Origin: Rickettsiales bacterium
GTDB taxonomy: Bacteria; Pseudomonadota; Alphaproteobacteria; Rickettsiales; SXRF01
DNA length: 61,268 nt
NCBI GenBank assembly: GCA_947459535.1
Contig: CANHDY010000002.1
Location: 1-61,268, forward strand
Reading direction: 5' to 3'
The notes beneath the pieces are model-generated. The model saw nothing but the letters and a program-made list of their open reading frames with translations, was not told the origin of the DNA and did not search any database. The position numbers and the translations under genes are program-made. Below are positions 18,880 through 27,496 of the stretch, piece by piece. Numbering within the stretch: the first letter of the stretch is position 1; each line of letters begins with the position of its first letter.

Positions 18880-21095
18880 TATCCATTCCTCGTTTTAAAG
18901 CGCCCCATCTGCGCCGCGAGGCGATTCATGATTTGCCCCTGGCTTTCCGAGAAACTCTGGGCATTGGGGGTGGTGATATTCATAACGATCTGCGGAGTCT
19001 GCATACGCGCATTTTTGGGAATCACTGTTTCTCCGCGTTGCAGGATGGCGGGGAATTCATCGGGAAGTAAGCCGTTATGGAGGCGCGGCGCACCTGCAAA
19101 GGCATAGGCGGGGATCACGCGGCGTGGCGCGCTGGTTTCACCCACTTTGCCGCCGTCATGAAACAAGCTGCCAAAAATATCGCTAAAAAAACTGCCGAAT
19201 ATGCCGCCTCCGGATGATCCGCCGCTACCGCCGCCAATGGCACTACTCAAAGCCCCCGCAATCGGCCCCGTTACGTTCTCACGTAGGAATGAGCGTAGAA
19301 TATCCTGCTCCAGTGATTGGAACAGGTCTCCGATTTTGCTCAAGGAAAACTCGCCGCTCGATACCATATCAACCAGCGTGTCTTCTACCTTCTTGGCGGC
19401 ACTTCCAAATAAATCCTCGGCATTCTTTGCCGCGTTGGTAGCTTCATCGGCATAACGCCTGAGTGCGCGGGTGGCACCAGCCTCCCACTTGTCGCTGTCC
19501 AACAAGGATTTGTTGTAGATATCCTTGAGTTTAACGGCGTAGATCTCCTCGACCTTATCGATGTATTGCTGGTTCGCATCGGTTGCGCCGCCCAAATCCT
19601 CGATAACACGCGCTTTCCATTCATCAAGTGCCTGTTTGGCAAGGTCGAATGAGGGCTTGGTCTGTAAGATGCCGCGATTGATTTCCTCGATAGCCTTGTC
19701 ACGGCGATCTTCTGCCTTATTGGGTTTATTCGCATCCTGCTTATTGGCATCAGCGAGGCGAACCTTGGTCGATGCATCAAGCGCGGCAAGCGCCTTTTGC
19801 GCCTCGGCACTGTTCGCATCACCCTTATTCAACCCGATGATCTGCTTGCGCCGTTCCTCGGCTTCTTTCAGGATTTTCTGCTGTGCGGTAAGTGTGACAT
19901 CTTCATATTCCTTCAGGTATTTTTTCTGAAGTTCCAAGAGGTCGTTATTACGTTTCTCCGCCGCTTTCTTTTCCGCTGCATCGCGGGCATTTCTGATTTC
20001 TTCATCGGCCTTACGTTGTTCGGCAGCGATTTCATCATTGATCTTCTGCAGTTCGCGTTTTTTGGCTTCAAGCCCAGGCGCGCTTCCAAGCACGGCAATA
20101 TCCAGCTTGGTGCCGAAACTATCCTGCAGGCTGCTGATTTCTTCTTCGAGTTGTCCTTTGCGCTGCTCTCGTGTTGGGCTGACGGCTTCCTGCAACCCAC
20201 GCACCGCCTTGGTTAAAGCTGAGAGCGCCCCTTGCGCGAGGGCAGATTCACCAACCGTGCGCCCGAATGATTCCAGCAAATCATCCCACGCATCGCCCAG
20301 AGAATCGGCAGCACCCGTGAGTCCCTTAGCCTGCGCTTCGGCAAGCCCACGGGTTTTGCTTTCCAAATGTTCGAGGATAATCGCCTGCGCCGAGGCAACA
20401 TCGCCCATCTTCACAAAATTTTCTATCGCGGTTTTCTGTGTGGGCGATAGATCGCTGAATTTGCGCGCCAGCCTGCCGAGGCCTTCTTCTGGGGATTCGA
20501 GCGACTTGCCCAGCATATCAGCAGCGGAAGGCACATCCGTGCCAAGCCGCACGGCCAGATTGGTGGAGAGTGCCAACGCACGGGTGAATACATCGCCCGC
20601 GACATTTTCAAAAGAAGTCAGCGCGGCGGCGGCATTCTGAATTTCCTCCTTCTTAAAGAGCGTGTTACTTTCAATGGCTTCGCCAAGCGCGGTGATTTCA
20701 CGGGCGGTGACACCGGAAGCGGAATCCGTGGCGCGTAGTGCAGCGTTTAGATTGTTAAGCGCCTGTTCCGCTTCCTTGAATTCTTTAATGCCTTTGGCGG
20801 TGGCAACGGCAAGCGTACCGATAGTGGCTGCAAGTGCAAGACCCACAGGGCCAAGGCGACCCAGCACGCTGCCCACCGATCCCGCACTTCCGGCCAGCCC
20901 CTCCATGCCGAGGCGAACTTCCTGACTAACCGAATTAACGGCAAGCAATGCCCGCGAGGCAGGCTGGGTAGAATCCTTAATCTTTCTGAGTGCTCGCTCG
21001 CCTGTATCTCCGGTGGAGCTTAATTCATGGCGTGCTTTATCCCCGTCGATCACCGCCAGTCGGATCGAGATGTTTTTCGTCGTTGCGGTTGCCAT
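18879..21095 (-). CDS. tail tape measure protein
   Basis: 738 aa, long Ala/Glu/Lys-rich helical sequence, Gly-rich segment near the C-terminus. It lies downstream of the chaperone pair. Confidence 0.8.
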   Translation of the reverse strand: MATATTKNISIRLAVIDGDKARHELSSTGDTGERALRKIKDSTQPASRALLAVNSVSQEVRLGMEGLAGSAGSVGSVLGRLGPVGLALAATIGTLAVATAKGIKEFKEAEQALNNLNAALRATDSASGVTAREITALGEAIESNTLFKKEEIQNAAAALTSFENVAGDVFTRALALSTNLAVRLGTDVPSAADMLGKSLESPEEGLGRLARKFSDLSPTQKTAIENFVKMGDVASAQAIILEHLESKTRGLAEAQAKGLTGAADSLGDAWDDLLESFGRTVGESALAQGALSALTKAVRGLQEAVSPTREQRKGQLEEEISSLQDSFGTKLDIAVLGSAPGLEAKKRELQKINDEIAAEQRKADEEIRNARDAAEKKAAEKRNNDLLELQKKYLKEYEDVTLTAQQKILKEAEERRKQIIGLNKGDANSAEAQKALAALDASTKVRLADANKQDANKPNKAEDRRDKAIEEINRGILQTKPSFDLAKQALDEWKARVIEDLGGATDANQQYIDKVEEIYAVKLKDIYNKSLLDSDKWEAGATRALRRYADEATNAAKNAEDLFGSAAKKVEDTLVDMVSSGEFSLSKIGDLFQSLEQDILRSFLRENVTGPIAGALSSAIGGGSGGSSGGGIFGSFFSDIFGSLFHDGGKVGETSAPRRVIPAYAFAGAPRLHNGLLPDEFPAILQRGETVIPKNARMQTPQIVMNITTPNAQSFSESQGQIMNRLAAQMGRFKTRNG

Positions 21096-21851
21096 GCGTG
21101 TACCTGCCAGTCATCATGCCCCGCTCGGCGTGATGGAAAAGATGTAGAAATGCGTTGGTGTCGTATCCCAAAGTACGGGAAATGATGACGAGTGCTTCAA
21201 GATCAAAGCCAAGCACTGCGCCGCCCATGCCAATGCGAAGCTGACTGCTACCGCGCATGATGACATCCCAGACTTCGAATCCTTCTTCGGTGTGAGGCGC
21301 GTGTTGCTGGTATGGGCAATATTCTCCCGTCAGCGGGTTGGCTTCTCCGCGCGCGCAGGCGAGGTTTTCCGACGCACACCCTTCGCAGTAGCGCGGCCCG
21401 CCGCCATAGTGCCATTCGCAACGGGCCGCGATGCGTTTCCCTCCGCCTCCAACACATCAAGCTGCTTCAAATAGGAAATGCCAAACGCCTCATTCATGAA
21501 CCAGATGTCCATCAGCTCCCCTATATTATCTTTGGTAAGCGGCGCGATATTGTCAGTTCCAGGAAGAAATACCTGTTCCCAGGCAATGATGGAGGCTTTT
21601 GCCAGTTCCTTCATCAGCGTGGTGTGCGATACCGACTGGCGGGTCTGATCATCCGCCAGATCGGGGATTTCGGCAACATCCTGCCCAGCCTCTAGCCGCG
21701 TCTTACGCTCGGTTTGCAAGGCCAGCATGGAACGTATGGCTTCGGCCTGCGCCATATGCATGAGCGCACTGGTAAGCGGTTTCACTTTCACCCGTACACT
21801 AGCGGGAAGATCAAGCCAGAACGGTTCTTTCTTTAGATCAAGTTTCAGCAT
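21037..21851 (-). CDS. tail assembly chaperone frameshift product (gpGT analogue), -1 shift at 21435-21441
   Basis: The -1 frame is open for 66 codons without any start codon from 21456 to the first ATG at 21258, and continues to the stop at 21037. The predicted fusion is about 270 aa. Confidence 0.5.
21330..21851 (-). CDS. tail assembly chaperone (lambda gpG analogue)
   Basis: Located between the major tail gene and the tape measure gene. Contains the slip site G_GGA_AAC near its 3' end. Confidence 0.6.
   Translation of the reverse strand: MLKLDLKKEPFWLDLPASVRVKVKPLTSALMHMAQAEAIRSMLALQTERKTRLEAGQDVAEIPDLADDQTRQSVSHTTLMKELAKASIIAWEQVFLPGTDNIAPLTKDNIGELMDIWFMNEAFGISYLKQLDVLEAEGNASRPVANGTMAAGRATAKGVRRKTSPARAEKPTR
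21393..21441 (-). promoter_or_regulatory. programmed -1 ribosomal frameshift signal (slippery heptamer plus downstream hairpin)
   Basis: mRNA: G_GGA_AAC (21441-21435), 5-nt spacer, then GCGGCCCG (21429-22) pairing with CGGGCCGC (21400-393) across a 21-nt loop. Confidence 0.55.
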
Positions 21852-21860
21852 GGTTGCTCC

Positions 21861-23135
21861 TTATGGATAGCTGGTGACATCGTTTTTAAGCACGACAGTG
21901 ACGGATTTGCTGAGTGCATCGTCATACACGCCTTGCCAGTTGAAGCTGGTCTGCACACCGCCTGGGCCGGAGATCGGGATGCGCGGGCGCGGCAGATACA
22001 CTTCATGGAATGTCCATGTGAGGTTGAAGTTATTGCCGTCCAGCCCCGCCAGACGGTAAGCCAGCTCCAGTTCGATGGCGGTATTGTTAATCGCATCATC
22101 GACCAGCGTGGTGTCGGCAAAGCGCACATCGATGCTGCCGGTGATGGCAATGGTGGTGGGATCAACCCCATCAATCAGCCCATCACTGCGGATAGTCGGC
22201 ACGCCCTGCATACCGTTGGAATAGGTAAACTGCGCGCCCGTCACATTGCCCAGTGCCACATTGTTGCGTTTGACCGAGCCGTTGAACTGGCTGAAAGGTT
22301 TGTAAATCCTCGAAGTTGGGGTGCCGCCCTGCGAGGTGGTGTAGCGGGTTTCACCCTGCGCCAGAACATTGAGTGTGGCGTTCGCCGCGCCAGAGCGCTG
22401 GAAATTAAGTGCCATCGAATTGAGCATGCAACCCGTATGCACAAAATAGGCTGGCACATTGGCATGGCCAATCTCAGCCGCAAAGGATGGAAGTGCTGCT
22501 GCACCGCTTACAAACGTATGATTATAGCCACCGCCCGATAAAGTCGCGCCACTCACCACGCCATTGACATTACCGGAAGCAAGCGTGAAGTTGTTGCCAG
22601 CAGCCCCAAGCGTATCATGCACAATGTTTAGTTTTGTGCCTGCGCCATTAGAGTATGTGGCGGGGGTAATGCTGGCATTAACAGAGGCGTTAAGGTCGGT
22701 TGCCAGCTGCGTGAGCGTGGCGTTCAGGTTCGCGCCGATATTGGTCTGCGTACCGCTGGCACCCGATGCCACGAACGTCCATACCACGCCGTTAATGGTA
22801 ATGGTGTGTCCTGCACTGGGGTTGGCGGTGAAGGTAATGTCACCCGTAGCGGCAACGCCCAGAGTGGCAGGATTTCCCATCAGCAGTTGCAGCCAGCGGC
22901 CAAAGTCACGCCCCTCCACCGGCACGACGATATTGCCTTCATCGTTAATGACATCGCGGAATGGCGCGCGGGGCTCGCGGCCTTGCCCCAGCAGTTCGGA
23001 TGAAAGCAGTCCTTGCTCGGCGCTTAAATCCGACGAAACGAACGCGAATTTCTCCCAGTTACCGAGCGGCTTCACTCCATAGGTTGCTTCCTTCAGGGCG
23101 AGCAGTGTTGCCGCCGATCCATATGATCTGGCCAT
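21861..23135 (-). CDS. major tail (tube) protein with an internal inserted domain
   Basis: Lies immediately upstream of the chaperone genes. 424 aa, with a central Thr/Asn/Gly-rich segment. Confidence 0.55.
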   Translation of the reverse strand: MARSYGSAATLLALKEATYGVKPLGNWEKFAFVSSDLSAEQGLLSSELLGQGREPRAPFRDVINDEGNIVVPVEGRDFGRWLQLLMGNPATLGVAATGDITFTANPSAGHTITINGVVWTFVASGASGTQTNIGANLNATLTQLATDLNASVNASITPATYSNGAGTKLNIVHDTLGAAGNNFTLASGNVNGVVSGATLSGGGYNHTFVSGAAALPSFAAEIGHANVPAYFVHTGCMLNSMALNFQRSGAANATLNVLAQGETRYTTSQGGTPTSRIYKPFSQFNGSVKRNNVALGNVTGAQFTYSNGMQGVPTIRSDGLIDGVDPTTIAITGSIDVRFADTTLVDDAINNTAIELELAYRLAGLDGNNFNLTWTFHEVYLPRPRIPISGPGGVQTSFNWQGVYDDALSKSVTVVLKNDVTSYP

Positions 23136-23158
23136 AAATTCTCCTTATAAGTTTGAGG

Positions 23159-23599
23159 TTAATGAAGCGGACTTGCGGTATGAAAACGCATCATCACATT
23201 GACACTGGCAGCTCGCATGGCGGGTGCGCCTTCCACCGCTTCCTGAATAAATTCCGGTGCGCGCGCCTCGATCCATTCAGCCAATCCGCCCAGCGTGCGG
23301 TCGGCTAAAATCAGGTTTTCGATAATCATCAGCAGATCGTCGAGCGTTGTACCCTGGCTTTGGGCATAGGCCGTGTTCACCACCAACTCGATGGTGGCGA
23401 TATGCTCATAGATGTAAGTAAGCGGGGAGAGCAGCACTTCCGGCTCGCCGGATTCTCCGTCCTGCAATGTAATGATCGCACCTTTCTCAGGCACCTTCAT
23501 TGCCTTGTCGGGATTACGCACCACCTTGATCAGGCTGGTTTCGAGCGTCTTCAGCTCATTAAAAAAAGCCGACACTATCTGTTCTCTAACGCTCGGCAT
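23159..23599 (-). CDS. tail terminator-like protein (gpU position)
   Basis: Assigned by synteny only. Confidence 0.4.
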   Translation of the reverse strand: MPSVREQIVSAFFNELKTLETSLIKVVRNPDKAMKVPEKGAIITLQDGESGEPEVLLSPLTYIYEHIATIELVVNTAYAQSQGTTLDDLLMIIENLILADRTLGGLAEWIEARAPEFIQEAVEGAPAMRAASVNVMMRFHTASPLH

Positions 23600-24245
23600 T
23601 GCCTGTCTCCTGCCAGTTATCGATTACAAGCTGCGGTAATTTCTCCTGCCAGACCGTGGCGGCGCCAAAAACATCAAGCCGTTTTTTCAGCATCACCATC
23701 GGCACCAGAATGAACATGACCACCGTGGTCAGCCCACGCCCGGATTTAAGCGCGGACTCTGATGCCTTGCGATAACCTCCGCGCTTGCCGGAACCCGCCC
23801 GCAAATTATCCACCACCAGCAGCGATGGTGCGCCACGGCGGTAAACAAAACGGAGTCTTCCCAATGAATGTTCGGGAAAATTGCTGGGATTGATGCGCTT
23901 GCCGCCAATGCCGCGCTTGGGGGCGGCGGGTGTAGGAATGGCAAGAAAAGTGCCTTTATCACTGGTGATGGCCGCCCCGTCATTAAAAGCGCGGATCACC
24001 TGTGGCATATCGGCGTAGACCAGCCCAGCCGTACCCAGTGAAAACCCACTTGCCGGATAGCGGCGCATTTTCCATGTGCGCGCCATTTTTTCGCCAAGCC
24101 CCGAACGCACAACCTGCGCACGCAAGTCGCTTTTCAGTCCATTGGCAGCCTCGACCACGCCTTTGGTCACTGCTTTTTCGGCAGCAGCGGCTTCTTCCTT
24201 CATGATCTTTTTCAGATCACCACGGATTGCCGCCTCCAGCCTCAT
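23586..24245 (-). CDS. head-tail connector / tail completion protein (gpZ position)
   Basis: Assigned by synteny only. Confidence 0.35.
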   Translation of the reverse strand: MRLEAAIRGDLKKIMKEEAAAAEKAVTKGVVEAANGLKSDLRAQVVRSGLGEKMARTWKMRRYPASGFSLGTAGLVYADMPQVIRAFNDGAAITSDKGTFLAIPTPAAPKRGIGGKRINPSNFPEHSLGRLRFVYRRGAPSLLVVDNLRAGSGKRGGYRKASESALKSGRGLTTVVMFILVPMVMLKKRLDVFGAATVWQEKLPQLVIDNWQETGNAER

Positions 24246-24547
24246 AATTTTTTAGTCTCCACTGTCCATATTAAACGATGAATATCCCGCCGTGGTGCGC
24301 CGATGATGCGATAATCTTCACTTCCATAGCGTATGACATCGTCCTCGTGTGGTTCACTTACCTCGGTGGTTTTCAGATCAAAGAGCGTGACCTCAGCGAC
24401 AAGAATCGTGTCTCCAAGCCCAATAATCTCATCGGGACGTTTTGGGATGACGGTGACAATTCGGTTCGGGCCAATCCGTGGTTGAAAAGTCACCGTTACC
24501 CCAAGCCTGGCAAACATCGAATCCACTGCACGGGAAAACGCCGTCAT
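24242..24547 (-). CDS. head-tail joining protein
   Basis: Assigned from size, position, and the C-terminal pattern DDVIRYGSEDYRIIG. Confidence 0.4.
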   Translation of the reverse strand: MTAFSRAVDSMFARLGVTVTFQPRIGPNRIVTVIPKRPDEIIGLGDTILVAEVTLFDLKTTEVSEPHEDDVIRYGSEDYRIIGAPRRDIHRLIWTVETKKL

Positions 24548-24780
24548 GCGGCTTTACCGCCTTGGGGATCAGCGGGCGGCTTGCCGCCTTGCGTCTCCTT
24601 TTCGGGCGTTTTTTCCTTCTCAGTCGTTTTCGCTTCAGCCTTGGCAACACGCTGCGCGATGCCGCGTGCAATCAGGTCTTTGGCTTCATCGTCATCGATA
24701 TCGACCGGCGTACCAGGAGGCACTTCCTCCGTTTTTCCGGCTTTACCAACAACAAGTGTCGTGTGTGATGTGATTTTCAT
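24544..24780 (-). CDS. hypothetical small head-module protein with a Lys/Glu/Pro-rich tail
   Basis: ORF coupled (ATGA-type overlap) to the downstream gene. Confidence 0.4.
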   Translation of the reverse strand: MKITSHTTLVVGKAGKTEEVPPGTPVDIDDDEAKDLIARGIAQRVAKAEAKTTEKEKTPEKETQGGKPPADPQGGKAA

Positions 24781-24792
24781 GAGTGTCCTCCA

Positions 24793-25830
24793 TTAATTGA
24801 CGGTTGCGCAGAAGCAGGCATTCGGGCGATACGGCACGACGAGTGGCGCCGACTGCAGGAGCAGCCACCGCACAGCAGGGTCTTCTTCCAGCCACGATTT
24901 GCTGAAATAACGCTGGGCGCGGTATGCGGCTTTTTCGTCCTGAATCACGCCGTAACAACGTGTGCCTTCCACGTTGACGGGGCTGCCCAGAATCACCGTG
25001 TTGGTAGGAAGCATTGGCACGGTGTTGCCCAGATCATCGGTATAGACATCGTTGTAAATCCAGATGTCGAAGTCACCAATCGTGCCGATGAAGCGTGCCT
25101 TCTCATTACCTTGGCCACGCACTAGTGGGTCGACCTGGAAGGCCGAATTGGTGCCACGGTATATGGTGAGCAACGCTTTCACATCGTCGCTGTTTCGGAA
25201 CAGTCGCCATGCGGCAGGGTCCATGATCACCGTCTTGGCGGCAGCACCAGACTTGGTTTGAACAAGGCTTGCCCAGTCCTCCAAATTATCCAAAGGCTTG
25301 ATGCCAGCCTGACCCCAGCGGTTTACACCCGTGAGCGTCACAGTGAGTGCCGCATCACGCTGAAAATTCACCACCACGGTTGGGTAGTTATCTCCTGAAA
25401 CGGTCACTTGTCCCAGCCGCAATGCTTCGGAGGCCATCACTTCCTCGCGGCGTGTGAGGTTCTCCAGCTGGTTGGTCAGTGAACGGTTCAGCGCCGCATC
25501 CCGACGTTGTTGGGGTGTAAGCGTTCCACCAATGACTTCCCCTATGTTGCGTTTGAGAGGGGCACTGGGGTCAAAGCGTCGCTTATCCTTGGCATAGGCT
25601 GGCTTGAAACTTTTGGTTTCATAGCCGGAATCAGCGACGACTTTACCCGCAACCAGCGGTGACACAAACGGCGTGAGTCGAGGTTTCGATTTGTCGATAT
25701 CGAAGAAAATCTCTTCGGTATCGGCGGTTTGTACCTGACCGAAAAATGCATCGAGCAAGAATGAGGCTGGACGGTCGAGATACTCGACAGTCTTGTTCAG
25801 CACTTGGGTAGAAAAAATGTCGACAGGCAT
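24793..25830 (-). CDS. major capsid protein, lambda gpE family
   Basis: MPVDIFSTQVLNKTVEYLDRPASFLLDAFF...KPRLTPFVSPLVAGKVV matches the gpE-family N-terminus. It follows the decoration gene. Confidence 0.85.
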   Translation of the reverse strand: MPVDIFSTQVLNKTVEYLDRPASFLLDAFFGQVQTADTEEIFFDIDKSKPRLTPFVSPLVAGKVVADSGYETKSFKPAYAKDKRRFDPSAPLKRNIGEVIGGTLTPQQRRDAALNRSLTNQLENLTRREEVMASEALRLGQVTVSGDNYPTVVVNFQRDAALTVTLTGVNRWGQAGIKPLDNLEDWASLVQTKSGAAAKTVIMDPAAWRLFRNSDDVKALLTIYRGTNSAFQVDPLVRGQGNEKARFIGTIGDFDIWIYNDVYTDDLGNTVPMLPTNTVILGSPVNVEGTRCYGVIQDEKAAYRAQRYFSKSWLEEDPAVRWLLLQSAPLVVPYRPNACFCATVN

Positions 25831-25832
25831 GG

Positions 25833-26276
25833 TTAAGCTCCTTGGTTTTTGGTTAAGAAGATGGATTTATTCCGCAGGCCAGATGAGATGGAGGCTGCGG
25901 TGTGGCCAGCGCCAAGCGTCAGAGCGAGTTCATTGAACTCACCCGACAAATAGGCGACGGCTTCCTTGTCGGCGGCGGAGGCATCGGTATCCTCTCCGAG
26001 GATGGCCTCCGGCGTTTGTGATCCATCCACCGCTGCCGAGGCGCTGAGGATATATTTGCCGCTGGCGGTGATGCGCCCCAGTACCGCTCCACGTATAAGA
26101 TTGGCTGGGGTTGCGATGGTCACCTTGCGTGCAACGCGTGGAAACTCACCGGCGATTAGATTGTCAGGGGTATAAGTGCCCTGATTGGTAAAGCCTGATA
26201 CTGGCATAGCGTTATCTCCTTTGGGTTCTAGGGTTGGGTTATCAATGGATTGCAGGTCATTAAGGGGTTGGTTCAT
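25833..26276 (-). CDS. head decoration protein, lambda gpD-like
   Basis: Assigned from size, the GTYTPDNLIAGEFP motif, and position between the protease and capsid genes. Confidence 0.7.
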   Translation of the reverse strand: MNQPLNDLQSIDNPTLEPKGDNAMPVSGFTNQGTYTPDNLIAGEFPRVARKVTIATPANLIRGAVLGRITASGKYILSASAAVDGSQTPEAILGEDTDASAADKEAVAYLSGEFNELALTLGAGHTAASISSGLRNKSIFLTKNQGA

Positions 26277-27496
26277 GAAGCCGCAGCGAGGCGTTTAGCC
26301 ACGCTGTCGATGGAGTCTTCCTCGGCTTCGGCACTTGCTGGCGTGATTTTTGGATTGCCGAGATCGCGCATGGCCGCATCGAAGCCGTTGGTTTTTGGTT
26401 CGGGCTGAATTTTTGGTGCCTTGGCGAGCATGGCGACCGCGCTATCCGCTGCCATATCGGTGGCAAAGGACAGGTGCTGGGCAAGATCACCGCGATCCTT
26501 GGCTTCCTCGGATGCAAGGATGGTCTGGATGCGTGATCGCTCGGATGCCCTCGCATCGCTTTGCACTTGCGTGAGCAATTCAGGATGTTCTTGGGTGAGT
26601 GTTTCTAAATTCATGGTGGTCTCCTTCTGTTGAGTGGTTGCGGGTAATAAAAAACCCCGCTGGAAGGCGGGGTTTGAACTGGCGGAGAATTCCGCGATCA
26701 GTTTTTCGAGAGAGCCAATGCGGTCGGCAAGACCAGCATTCACGGCGTGTGCGCCGATTAATATGTCGCCGCCGCCGAACTGTTCCAATACTTGTGCGGC
26801 TTCAATGCCGCGATTGCGCGCGAGGGTGTTCACAAACACTTCCGCCATCGCATCAATGCGTGCCTGTAGCTTGGCGCGGCCTTCATCGGTTTCAGGATTA
26901 AGGCGTTTGAATGGGCTTTGTGAGGAAACGATTTCAATGGTGGTGGGTGCATTTTTATCGGGCTTGGCACCACGATACACCGCAACCACACCAATCGAGC
27001 CGAGGCCAGAGGTCTCAGAGGCAACCACCTGATCGGCGGCACTGGCAATCCAGTACGCACCCGATGCCGCATCGCCGGAAGCATAGGCGATGATCGGTTT
27101 CTTACCGCGTGCTGCGAAAATCATATTGGCCAGCTCGGAGCAGCCATTAACCTCGCCGCCAGGGGAGTCGATATTGAGGATGATGGCGTTGATGTCGGGA
27201 TTGTCGAGCGCGGCAGTAAAATCCTGCGCCAGAATCTCATACGAGGTGGCACCGCTGATCGCCGTGAAGATATTGGCATAGCGGAAGAGCGGCCCCGTGA
27301 CGGGAATCACCGCCACGCCATCACGTTCAATCACGGTATGGGTGTTTTGTAGTTCTTTACCAAGCCGTGCCGCCACTGCTTCGGGTTTTTCATTCTCGCG
27401 TTCGGCAATTTCCAGAATCGTCTGCAATGAAGATTCCGTGATTGCCCACGGCTCACTGGTCGCTTTGTTCCATGCTCGCATTGTCATTCTCCTCAT
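26273..27496 (-). CDS. S49-family head maturation protease / scaffold (gpC-like)
   Basis: NIDSPGGEVNG and ASAADQ motifs of the ClpP/SppA fold, with an Ala/Glu-rich C-terminal half. The start is uncertain (27496, 27484 or 27478). Confidence 0.8.
   Translation of the reverse strand: MRRMTMRAWNKATSEPWAITESSLQTILEIAERENEKPEAVAARLGKELQNTHTVIERDGVAVIPVTGPLFRYANIFTAISGATSYEILAQDFTAALDNPDINAIILNIDSPGGEVNGCSELANMIFAARGKKPIIAYASGDAASGAYWIASAADQVVASETSGLGSIGVVAVYRGAKPDKNAPTTIEIVSSQSPFKRLNPETDEGRAKLQARIDAMAEVFVNTLARNRGIEAAQVLEQFGGGDILIGAHAVNAGLADRIGSLEKLIAEFSASSNPAFQRGFLLPATTQQKETTMNLETLTQEHPELLTQVQSDARASERSRIQTILASEEAKDRGDLAQHLSFATDMAADSAVAMLAKAPKIQPEPKTNGFDAAMRDLGNPKITPASAEAEEDSIDSVAKRLAAAS

Noticed and set aside
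19201-20640. Several 80-200-aa plus-strand ORFs antisense to the tape measure gene
   Set aside because: Their low-complexity Ser/Ala/Leu/Pro-rich translations mirror the Ala/Glu/Lys-rich tape measure codons. These are typical antisense shadows.
21248-21460. 70-aa ORF in the +1 frame at the end of the tail chaperone gene, considered as an alternative frameshift target
   Set aside because: The translation is extremely Arg-rich (MMCWRRRETHRG...), there is no slippery +1 context, and it ends quickly. The -1 frame has the canonical heptamer, a hairpin and a protein-like sequence.
12169-21851. Interpretation of the g12-g15-type cluster as a gene transfer agent
   Set aside because: It is contiguous with a gpA-type terminase, lambda-type head genes, a lysis cassette, an immunity switch and an integrase. 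The ~42-kb element fits a prophage, not a ~14-kb GTA cluster.
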